Below are positions 16,777 to 23,386 of a DNA stretch of 25,487 bases, piece after piece; position 1 is the first letter of the stretch; every line of letters starts with the position of its first letter. Both the position numbers and the translations under genes were made by a program. The notes under the pieces are model-generated. The model was given only the letters and a program-made list of their open reading frames with translations. It did not search any database and was not told the DNA's origin. The stretch is from a virus (taxonomy: Duplodnaviria > Caudoviricetes), in IMG/VR virus record IMGVR_UViG_3300037422_000391, positions 1 to 25,487 of that record; one strand, written 5' to 3'.

Positions 16777-17426
16777 GCATCCCCGGTCTACCCGTCTTGA
16801 TGGGCATACCTGGGATCACGGAGATCCTGCAGCAGGACTCGGCCTCGAGCACGGGCGACACTATCACCTGGCCGGCGGTGCAGTCTGGGGATATCGCTGT
16901 CTTGTTCGACTTCGCACAGAGTATCTCCCCCGCGCCAAGCTCGGTGACGCCCGCGGGCTTCACAAACATGTGCAACGCGACGGACGGGGTCAGCAGTCGC
17001 GGCATGACGAGCTTCAAAATTTGCGATGGCTCGGAAACCGGTAACATCACCGGCATGAGTGGCGCGGTCTTGAACAGAAAGGCCTTGGTCACGTTCCGCG
17101 CTACGGCGGCGGCGGTGGTTGCCTTGGGAGCCGATGGCGAGAATGGAGCGGTCGCGACCGGCAACCCGAGCGCCATCACCATCAACGCCTCGAGCGGTGT
17201 GCCACCGCTGCTGGTTGTTGGCTACTACCGGTCGAGTGGCGCCATTGATCCGCGAACATTCACGGCTGGTGGCTCACCAGCGAAGGATGGGGAGATCAGT
17301 TTTCATTCGAACACGATGTACGTGGCTTGGAAGGTATACCTGGAGAACCCGGCCGACGTCGTGATCGATATGGATGACGAGGGTGACTTCAATCTGGTGC
17401 AGGGCTTCTACGTTGCTCTCAGCTGA
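16773..17426 (+). CDS. Putative fibre-tip/receptor-binding accessory protein (217 aa)
   Basis: RBS GGGGAGG, GTGA overlap; TITWPAVQSGDIAVLF resembles the fibre C-terminal SITLPSGIAAGHLLLV segment. Confidence 0.6.
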   Translation: MSIPGLPVLMGIPGITEILQQDSASSTGDTITWPAVQSGDIAVLFDFAQSISPAPSSVTPAGFTNMCNATDGVSSRGMTSFKICDGSETGNITGMSGAVLNRKALVTFRATAAAVVALGADGENGAVATGNPSAITINASSGVPPLLVVGYYRSSGAIDPRTFTAGGSPAKDGEISFHSNTMYVAWKVYLENPADVVIDMDDEGDFNLVQGFYVALS

Positions 17427-17467
17427 GAGAGCCGGCCCTCACCACAGATCCCAGTGAGAGGATAGAG

Positions 17468-17686
17468 ATGGACGATTTCACCAAGCAGGCGATGATCACG
17501 AAGCTGGGCACCCTCATGTTCGCCAACGCCGAGCTGGCCGCCCAGAACCAGCAGCTACTCCAGCAGATCGCGCTGCGGGATAGGCGCATCAAGGAGCTTG
17601 ATGCGCAGGTGCCGAGGCCTGCCGACCCGGGCGAAGGCGCCGAGGCGAACGGGGCGGGGGTGCACCGACCTTTGGCCTCTCCGTGA
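17468..17686 (+). CDS. Small coiled-coil protein (72 aa)
   Basis: RBS GAGGA; ITKLGTLMFANAELAAQNQQL heptads; last gene of the virion operon. Confidence 0.65.
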   Translation: MDDFTKQAMITKLGTLMFANAELAAQNQQLLQQIALRDRRIKELDAQVPRPADPGEGAEANGAGVHRPLASP

Positions 17687-17764
17687 AGAATCCACGGCGA
17701 TTGCTTACACTTTTGTTCCTGACTTAGATTGCTACAGTCGAGGTTCATTCGAGTGGGGGAAGCG

Positions 17765-18121
17765 ATGCGCATTGCGACAATGGTTATTGCACTCGCGTTA
17801 TCCGCGTTTGCTCTGCTTGAGTCGTTTGCCGTGAAGGTCGAAGGTGCTCTTGTCAATGTGGTGGAGGCCAAGCACGCTGCCTCTGTGGGCATCGGGGTTG
17901 CCTTCGGCCTCTTGGTGGGTGGCGCGTTCGCATTTGGTCTCCCCGCAGTGGCGCTAGTCGTCTTTGCTTTGAGTGGCGCCTATGCGCTCAGCGTTGCCGG
18001 GCGCCTTTACCCGATTTTCCCTGACCTGTTGGTGTTCGGTTGGGCTTGCGTAGCACTTGCGCTGATGGCTGCGTTGGCATGGCGAGAAAAGTGGAAGGCG
18101 GCGAGAAAGCAGCGCTCCTGA
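17765..18121 (+). CDS. Moron-like multi-pass membrane protein (118 aa)
   Basis: GGGGGA RBS; about four hydrophobic segments, basic C-terminal tail; lower GC3 than the virion genes. Confidence 0.65.
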   Translation: MRIATMVIALALSAFALLESFAVKVEGALVNVVEAKHAASVGIGVAFGLLVGGAFAFGLPAVALVVFALSGAYALSVAGRLYPIFPDLLVFGWACVALALMAALAWREKWKAARKQRS

Positions 18122-18153
18122 TTACCAGGAGACCTTCGGGCTCAGGCGAACCC

Positions 18154-18495
18154 CTACTTCTTGAACTCGAAATTCTTGACAGCCTCGCCGGACTCCAACT
18201 CTTGAGCGACACAGGCGTGCAACCAGAAGTACGACGCCAAGAATAGAGCCGTTTGCTGCCTACAGTGCCTTTTGACCCGCTGCGGTACGCTATCCCAGAT
18301 GGTCTTCAATTCATTGTACGACTCCTGCTCTTGCGTGAGGCATGCCTTCATCCAAAAGTCGCCCCCGCCCAACATCTCTGATTGGCGGCCGCAGTGGCCC
18401 TTCACATCATAGTCGGGCATGCCTGGAGGAAGCTGGGCCGGTGCAGCCGGACCCCACAGCGTCGCAATCAGCAGCACGCTCAGAAACAGTCGCAT
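18154..18495 (-). CDS. Secreted/periplasmic four-Cys protein (113 aa)
   Basis: Signal peptide MRLFLSVLLIATLWGPAAPA; internal duplication HC...ACLTQE / HC...ACVAQE; candidate promoter TCGACG-N17-TAGAAT at 18552-18524. Confidence 0.7.
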   Translation of the reverse strand: MRLFLSVLLIATLWGPAAPAQLPPGMPDYDVKGHCGRQSEMLGGGDFWMKACLTQEQESYNELKTIWDSVPQRVKRHCRQQTALFLASYFWLHACVAQELESGEAVKNFEFKK

Positions 18496-18531
18496 CCCCG
18501 AGCCCCGGCATCGTAACATCGCAATTCTAGT

Positions 18532-18756
18532 CTATACTGAGCGCATCGTCGATGGGCGAGGAAAGGGCAGCCATCCGATCTCGCGACCGCCCCATGAAGG
18601 GTGCTGCAGGGTCGCTCCCTTGCAGCCGCAGGCGCTGCACCGCGCCCGCTCGCGCAGCACGTCGCTAGACGCCTGCGCACCCCACCGGATGATGAGGGGT
18701 GTCAATGCCATCGGCGTCTTGTGCCGGCAGCTCGATCGGTTGGTGGCGAGGCATTT
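18532..18756 (-). pseudogene. 5'-disrupted small zinc-ribbon protein
   Basis: Frame reads KCLATNRSSCRHKTPMALTPLIIRWGAQASSDVLRERARCSACGCKGATLQHPSWGGREIGWLPFP...stop, but is cut by an in-frame TAA at 18759-18757 just before the first Cys; not in the ORF track. Confidence 0.55.
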
Positions 18757-18824
18757 TTAGAGCATGCCGCCGTCGCTGCCGTTAATGGAAGCCGCTACAG
18801 ATCGTTGCCGACTCCCACTCTCAC

Positions 18825-18840
18825 GCACTACATGTAGTGC
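18825..18840. promoter_or_regulatory. Perfect 16-bp palindrome GCACTACATGTAGTGC, NrdR-box-like operator
   Basis: Self-complementary; fits the core of the NrdR consensus acaCwAtATaTwGtg; overlaps a candidate -10 (TACATG) and ends 1 nt before ATG 18842. Confidence 0.5.
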
Positions 18841-18841
18841 C

Positions 18842-19081
18842 ATGGTGTCCCTTCATGCCGATGCGTGCGGTCGGTGCAAGAATCGCAACCCCATCTCGTT
18901 CGGCGTCGAGCCCGAGGAGGCCTGGCGCACTGTCGTCCTGAACCGCTGGCGAACCTTGTGCCCTGCATGCTTCGATCAGCTCGCTGAGCAGGCGGGCGTG
19001 CGCTACAAGTTCGTGAAGCTCGAAGGGACGGCGTGGAGCGACCGGCCGCTGCCGCGGGAGAGCAGGGGACGGAGGCGCTAG
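18842..19081 (+). CDS. Small CxxC...CxxC zinc-finger protein (79 aa)
   Basis: CGRC...LCPACF; no SD, possibly leaderless from TTGCCG-N18-TACATG. Confidence 0.65.
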   Translation: MVSLHADACGRCKNRNPISFGVEPEEAWRTVVLNRWRTLCPACFDQLAEQAGVRYKFVKLEGTAWSDRPLPRESRGRRR

Positions 19082-19097
19082 GCAGCACCGTGGAATC

Positions 19098-19142
19098 GGG
19101 CGCTGCAGACGCCCAAGAGCGCAGGGCGCAGTAGACGCCCAA
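19098..19142. repeat. Two tandem near-identical hairpins GGGCG-N7-CGCCC-AA
   Basis: GGGCGCTGCAGACGCCCAA (19098-19116) and GGGCGCAGTAGACGCCCAA (19124-19142). Confidence 0.7.
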
Positions 19143-19169
19143 ACACGAAGGCCGCCCCGAAGGACGGCC
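19141..19169 (-). terminator. Rho-independent terminator (minus strand)
   Basis: GGCCGUCC-UUCG-GGGCGGCC-UUCGUGUUU; the U-G stem pair forms only on the minus-strand RNA. Confidence 0.75.
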
Positions 19170-19216
19170 CTCGCTGAACGAAGAAGCGCCGCTGATGGCA
19201 CACCTCCGTCTCGACA
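19141..19216 (-). ncRNA. Candidate ~76-nt antisense sRNA (antitoxin-like)
   Basis: Bounded by a candidate promoter TTGATC-N16-TAAAAG (19249-19222) and the terminator; its first 31 nt can pair with 19380-19410 of the divergent peptide leader. Confidence 0.6.
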
Positions 19217-19410
19217 CTACCCTTTTACTCTGAAAATTCGACGGATCAATGTCGTGTACAACTAGTTGAAGTATCGATAATTTTTGGCAGTTTCTGTCTA
19301 TTTCCTTTATGTGGCGTACCTGCCACGCTCTCCCCCCCTCCAAAAGAAGGACATGGTCTCAATCTATAAGACTGCAAGCGCGCTGCTGGTGGGACACCTT
19401 CGTCTCGACA
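19186..19410 (+). repeat. 31-nt imperfect direct repeat (19186-19216 and 19380-19410, 27/31 identical)
   Basis: GCGCCGCTGATGGCACACCTCCGTCTCGACA vs GCGCTGCTGGTGGGACACCTTCGTCTCGACA. Confidence 0.9.
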
Positions 19411-19468
19411 ACGTAAGACCCTCCAGCCAGCGCGTGACTACCCGATTGACCAGCTCGAGGAGGTCCGC

Positions 19469-19621
19469 ATGGACATATCCCTTGAGTTCTGGACGGGTGG
19501 CCTGGGGCTCCTCCTGGGTGGCATCGGGATCTTCCTCGCACTGAGGGCAGATACGGTGCTCCACGAGATCCGTAGGCAAGTCGAGGCTGTCAAGCGCATC
19601 GTCTGCGCCCAGCGGACTTGA
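19469..19621 (+). CDS. 50-aa single-TM peptide (type I toxin-like), MDISLEFWTGGLGLLLGGIGIFLALRADTVLHEIRRQVEAVKRIVCAQRT
   Basis: Strong SD GAGGAGG 5 nt before ATG, own downstream terminator; below the ORF-track length cutoff. Confidence 0.75.
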   Translation: MDISLEFWTGGLGLLLGGIGIFLALRADTVLHEIRRQVEAVKRIVCAQRT

Positions 19622-19639
19622 CCACCGTCACGAGCTCGG

Positions 19640-19666
19640 CCCCGGCGCCATAAGCGCCGGGGTTTT
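19640..19666 (+). terminator. Rho-independent terminator after the 50-aa peptide
   Basis: CCCCGGCGC-CATAA-GCGCCGGGG-TTTT, perfect 9-bp stem. Confidence 0.85.
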
Positions 19667-19694
19667 CGCTCCTTGGCTGGCGACATTTGCCGCC

Positions 19695-20636
19695 TCAGTC
19701 GGTGACGAAGACCCCCGGGTCAAGCTTCAAGCCGCTCGAGCGCTCGGGCCGCGCGTGGAGGTAGCCAGACGTCGTCGCCACGTTGCTGTGCCCCAAGGTT
19801 TCCTGCACCTCGGCAAGGGTCGCGCCGCGGTCGAGGGCATGGCTGCCGTGGGCGTGCCGCAGCCAGTGGGGCGACAGCTGGCCGGTGACGCCGGCGCGCC
19901 TTGCCGTCCGCTTCACCATCGCGTGCACGCTACGGGTCGAGAGATGGCCGCCCTGACGCGAAGCGAAGACGGGGTGCTCTGGTCCGGTGACTCCGAGAAT
20001 GCCTCTCAGCGCTTCGCTAGCGGGTTTTGGCAGCAAGACCTGGCGCACCTTGCCGCCCTTGCCGGTGATGGACAGCTGCAGGAGCTCGCCTCGGTCGATG
20101 ACCATCGCTCCGGTGAGGTCGACCACCTCCTGCGGACGCAGGCCGCCGCCGTAGGCCACTTGGATGAGCACGCGGTCGCGTTTGGTCTTCGCGGCTCTGA
20201 TGAGCAGGCCAACCTCGACCTCGCTGATGATGCGCTTCGTCATGGTAGCTCCCCTGTTCTCCGACCGCACCTTGATGGTGACGCCGGCGTTGAATGGCGT
20301 GTAGCCGAGCTCGTGCGCATAGGTGAGCAGGCTCTTGACGCGAAGCACGTACTGCCTTGCCGAGCTGTCTCCGACCTCGGCCGTGATCCTGTCGATCGCC
20401 TCGCGCACGTGCTCGACCGTTGCTAATCGCATCCCCATCTGCAGCCCGGCCAGGAAGCGACGGCCGGTCTGCCGGAAGTTTCTGCGGCTATGCGAGGAGC
20501 CGAGCGAGGCGAGCCACGAGTGCAGGAGTTGCTCGTCGGTCTCGGCACTGGTGGCGCGCGGCAGCGCGACGATACGCGGCTCGCGCGCAACGATGCGAGC
20601 TGCCCCACTGTCTTGCGCGTTCACCGCTACGGTCAC
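19695..20636 (-). CDS. Xer-like tyrosine recombinase/resolvase (about 313 aa; start uncertain, ATG 20648 is the alternative)
   Basis: Complete catalytic set GGLRPQE, TGKGGK, HWLRH, LGH, TSGY; GTG at 20636 overlaps the upstream micro-ORF stop (GTGA). Confidence 0.9.
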   Translation of the reverse strand: MTVAVNAQDSGAARIVAREPRIVALPRATSAETDEQLLHSWLASLGSSHSRRNFRQTGRRFLAGLQMGMRLATVEHVREAIDRITAEVGDSSARQYVLRVKSLLTYAHELGYTPFNAGVTIKVRSENRGATMTKRIISEVEVGLLIRAAKTKRDRVLIQVAYGGGLRPQEVVDLTGAMVIDRGELLQLSITGKGGKVRQVLLPKPASEALRGILGVTGPEHPVFASRQGGHLSTRSVHAMVKRTARRAGVTGQLSPHWLRHAHGSHALDRGATLAEVQETLGHSNVATTSGYLHARPERSSGLKLDPGVFVTD

Positions 20637-20776
20637 CGCAGCCACCATGTGGTGAAGTCGAACGCAATCCAGGCGATGAAGGCGAGAATGGCGACATTCC
20701 GGACGCGGCCAGAATTGCGGCTGGCCCACGTGGTCGGCCACCAGGTCATGAACCGGTTGAAGAGGTTGGCGCTCAT
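20633..20776 (-). CDS. 47-aa Trp-rich membrane peptide (MSANLFNRFMTWWPTTWASRNSGRVRNVAILAFIAWIAFDFTTWWLR)
   Basis: RBS GGAG; ATGA and GTGA overlaps on both sides; one hydrophobic helix. Confidence 0.55.
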   Translation of the reverse strand: MSANLFNRFMTWWPTTWASRNSGRVRNVAILAFIAWIAFDFTTWWLR

Positions 20777-20937
20777 GATTTTCTCCGTTTGCTGAACACG
20801 TTAGAGGCGTCTACCGGGACCTGCGGGGCGCACAAGTGCGCAAGCCAGCGCGCGATGGCGGTGCGGGAGCGTCGTGCGTCGTCTGGGCACCTGCGGCGGG
20901 CAATGAACCTGCGAAAGAGGATCCAGATCCTGATCAT
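20773..20937 (-). CDS. 54-aa basic hypothetical protein
   Basis: GGAGGCGGA upstream; ATGA overlaps with both neighbours. Confidence 0.45.
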   Translation of the reverse strand: MIRIWILFRRFIARRRCPDDARRSRTAIARWLAHLCAPQVPVDASNVFSKRRKS

Positions 20938-21158
20938 GGTTTCCGCCTCCGCCGATGCAAGCGCTCGACCACAACGGGCTTCGGCTTCTCGCCCGTGGCG
21001 GCGGGCGACCAGCGTGCGTCTCGAGCACGGGCCCGCGCCTCGGCGACACGGTCGCGCCCCGGGGGCGACGCCTTCTGGACGAATCCGAACCATGGCTCCG
21101 TGAGCGGCAGAGGCCGTTGGATGAGGGGCGTACGGGCCGCGGGACCTCGCTTGATCAT
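20934..21158 (-). CDS. 74-aa basic hypothetical protein
   Basis: ATGA overlap with the RHH gene stop and with the next ORF. Confidence 0.45.
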   Translation of the reverse strand: MIKRGPAARTPLIQRPLPLTEPWFGFVQKASPPGRDRVAEARARARDARWSPAATGEKPKPVVVERLHRRRRKP

Positions 21159-21415
21159 AAGCGCGTTCCCTTCATCTTGTCGTCGAGCTCCTGGATGGCG
21201 CGCTCCATCGTTTCGGTGAAGGAGCAGGCCAGCGCGTTGCTGAGCCGGATGATCTGCTCCCGCCGCTCGGGTGTGACGCGGAAGATGATCTGCTTGGTTT
21301 TTCCGAGGCGGCGGCGACGACGGCCGTCGATTGATGCCATGGCTCGTTCCTCGGCCCTGTCTCTGCCCTCACGCTGCGTTCTCGGCGCGACGGTCTGCAT
21401 GTCCAGCTTGGTCAT
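21155..21415 (-). CDS. Ribbon-helix-helix partner of ParA (ParG-like, 86 aa)
   Basis: KTKQIIFRVTPERREQIIRLSNALACSFTETMERAI strand-helix-helix pattern, Arg-rich flexible N-terminus; directly downstream of parA. Confidence 0.7.
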   Translation of the reverse strand: MTKLDMQTVAPRTQREGRDRAEERAMASIDGRRRRRLGKTKQIIFRVTPERREQIIRLSNALACSFTETMERAIQELDDKMKGTRL

Positions 21416-22049
21416 TGTCGGCCTTTCTGATGACGAACTCGATCGCTTGAACGAGGTTTATGATCTCCACGCTGGCTTCCCGGTTGATCTCCGCGCCGCT
21501 CTTCGCGGCAATACACGCCCTCGCGTAGTCGACCCGGTTGGTCAGTTGCACTGGGCGGTGCGCCGCCATCGGCTCGAGCTTCTTCAACGTTTGGGCCGCA
21601 ATCGTTGACCTGCCATCGACCTTGTTCAGGACGAACAGCGACCGGTGTCGCTTTCCCAGCTTGTCGACTTCCTTGAGGGCATCCTCCTGAGACCACAGGT
21701 CGAGGGGGCTCGGGAGCAAAGGGAGCACGATGCAATCGGCCGCTGCGATGGCATCCCGCATCACATTCATGAAAGCTCCTGGCGTATCGACGACCAGGTA
21801 GTCGCGCTCGTACCCTGCGCTCTTGAGGCTTGCTATGGTGCTCGAGATGAGATCGACGTTTTCGAGAAGGACGATGCGGTCATCGCTCGCATGCCTGGCG
21901 CGATGCTCACAGAGCTCGGCTAGCGATTTTTGGGGATCGAGGTCGGCAACGTAGACCGTGTGGCCCTTTGCGAGCTCAACGGTGATCGCCATGGCGATGG
22001 TCGTCTTGCCGACGCCGCCTTTCGACCCCGCACACGCGATTGTCTTCAC
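21369..22049 (-). CDS. parA: ParA-family (type Ib, ParF-like) partition ATPase (226 aa)
   Basis: Deviant Walker A KGGVGKTT, DLDPQ, VVDTPG, LNKV; no N-terminal HTH. Confidence 0.92.
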   Translation of the reverse strand: MKTIACAGSKGGVGKTTIAMAITVELAKGHTVYVADLDPQKSLAELCEHRARHASDDRIVLLENVDLISSTIASLKSAGYERDYLVVDTPGAFMNVMRDAIAAADCIVLPLLPSPLDLWSQEDALKEVDKLGKRHRSLFVLNKVDGRSTIAAQTLKKLEPMAAHRPVQLTNRVDYARACIAAKSGAEINREASVEIINLVQAIEFVIRKADNDQAGHADRRAENAA

Positions 22050-22083
22050 AGCTAGCGCCCGGTGCAATCATCGATCATGATCA

Positions 22084-22125
22084 AAGATAGCCTTGCTTGA
22101 CACAAATGTCAAGCAAGGCTACACT
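22084..22125. promoter_or_regulatory. Palindromic bidirectional sigma70 promoter/operator
   Basis: TAGCCTTGCTTGACA-CAAA-TGTCAAGCAAGGCTA (22088-22121); plus strand TTGACA-N17-TACACT, minus strand TTGACA-N17-TATCTT. Confidence 0.85.
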
Positions 22126-22180
22126 ATCAGAATGATCGACACGAATGATATCTGCGAGATAGCTGCCTTATAGCCACACC

Positions 22181-23347
22181 ATGCATCCCCGCTCTCCGAG
22201 CCTCCGTGCGAGGCTTACCCTCGCAGGCCTCGCACGTGCCCTCGCACTCGTCTGGCTGGTCCCGGCGCTCCTCTGGAACATCGATTGGACGGGGATCTCA
22301 GGCTGGGCGCACAACGGCGCCGCCGTTGGCACGATCCTCGGCGCGGCCTTGTTAATCCACATCTCCTCGGCCCGGCCGCACCTGATCGGCACCCCGGTCC
22401 TCCTGCTGGTCGCCTTGTTCATGGTCTACGGCAACACCAAGCAGGCCGTGCGCGCGTTGAGCTTCTCCGGCGAGGTTGCCAGCGAGGCTCGCGAGGCCAA
22501 AATCGCCGCAGGCTCGCAGGTCGCCTCGCAGCGCTCGCACCTTGAAAAGCGACGGGAAGCCCAAGTCAAAGTTGCAGGTGAGGCCGCTGCCGCAACCCTG
22601 GAAGCCGAGCTGGAAGCGATCAAGGTTGCCGAGCCCCGCCGATGGCAGCTCACGAGGGGCTGTCACCCAGATGAGGTGACCAAGTCTGTCACCTTCTGCC
22701 TCCAGGTCGCCCAGGCCAAGGCCAAAGTCGCTGCTGCCGCCGAGCGGGATAAGATCGATGCAGAAATGGCGAGGCTACCAGCGGCGGCGACCATCTCGAC
22801 TGGCCTCGCCGACGGGCAGAAGCAGGTCGCCGATCCCTACGTCGCCAACGTGATCGAGCTGCTGAGAGAACTCGGGCTCCGGCCCTCCGAGCGGCTGGTC
22901 AAGTCCGAGGAGGCCGTCAGCCGCGCGCTGGGCCTCGAGTTGCTGGCCGCCTTTGGCCCAAGCTGCTGGCTCATTTTCGTGGACCTGCTCGCCGGCGTCG
23001 GCGGCGCCGCGTCGTCAGCATCAGCACGCTTCAAGGGCCTGTCGAAAAGACTGCGAAACGCCGAGGGCGCAGCGCCGCCGGCCCCGGGCGAGCCGGCCAA
23101 AGCCGACGCCATAGACCGCTGGATCGCCGACGACTTGGAGGTGCACGCGGGAACCGTCACCTTCGCCAAGGCGCTGCGCCAGACGCCCGGCTGGCCGGCC
23201 CACCAGCCCGGCATCACGGAAAACGCCATCTGGCAGCGGCTGAAGAAGGTACCTGGCGTCAAGCACGATCCCAACAGCGGCCGACCCCGCTACTTCGGCC
23301 TCCGGATCCGCGCGAAGGGCCCAACCCTCGTAGTCAACAACGTATAG
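22181..23347 (+). CDS. Membrane protein with coiled coil and putative C-terminal winged-helix DNA-binding domain (388 aa)
   Basis: Three N-terminal TM segments, coiled coil with W..TRGC...FC, a further hydrophobic segment, C-terminal IDRWIAD...IWQRL...RYFGLRI resembling primase/D5 C-terminal domains. Confidence 0.6.
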   Translation: MHPRSPSLRARLTLAGLARALALVWLVPALLWNIDWTGISGWAHNGAAVGTILGAALLIHISSARPHLIGTPVLLLVALFMVYGNTKQAVRALSFSGEVASEAREAKIAAGSQVASQRSHLEKRREAQVKVAGEAAAATLEAELEAIKVAEPRRWQLTRGCHPDEVTKSVTFCLQVAQAKAKVAAAAERDKIDAEMARLPAAATISTGLADGQKQVADPYVANVIELLRELGLRPSERLVKSEEAVSRALGLELLAAFGPSCWLIFVDLLAGVGGAASSASARFKGLSKRLRNAEGAAPPAPGEPAKADAIDRWIADDLEVHAGTVTFAKALRQTPGWPAHQPGITENAIWQRLKKVPGVKHDPNSGRPRYFGLRIRAKGPTLVVNNV

Positions 23348-23386
23348 ACGCTTGCGGGCGAGGTTTAGTGTAGCTATATGTCGGTC

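Noticed and set aside
11073-17426. Diversity-generating retroelement or invertible tail-fibre cassette
   Set aside because: No reverse transcriptase in the window; paralogue differences are not adenine-specific; all tail genes are co-oriented and I saw no flanking inverted repeats.
19098-19410. CRISPR-like mini-array
   Set aside because: Only two copies of each repeat, spacing incompatible with spacers, no cas genes.
19186-19410. 31-nt repeat as target-site duplication or site for the neighbouring recombinase
   Set aside because: No dyad symmetry of a tyrosine-recombinase core; mismatches are biased to G-U-compatible changes and each copy sits at the 5' end of a predicted transcript. Not formally excluded.
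18828-19579. Minus-strand ORFs 18828-19343 and 19364-19579 sharing SRRRC
   Set aside because: The shared peptide is a by-product of the DNA repeat; both overlap better-supported features and lack good RBSs.
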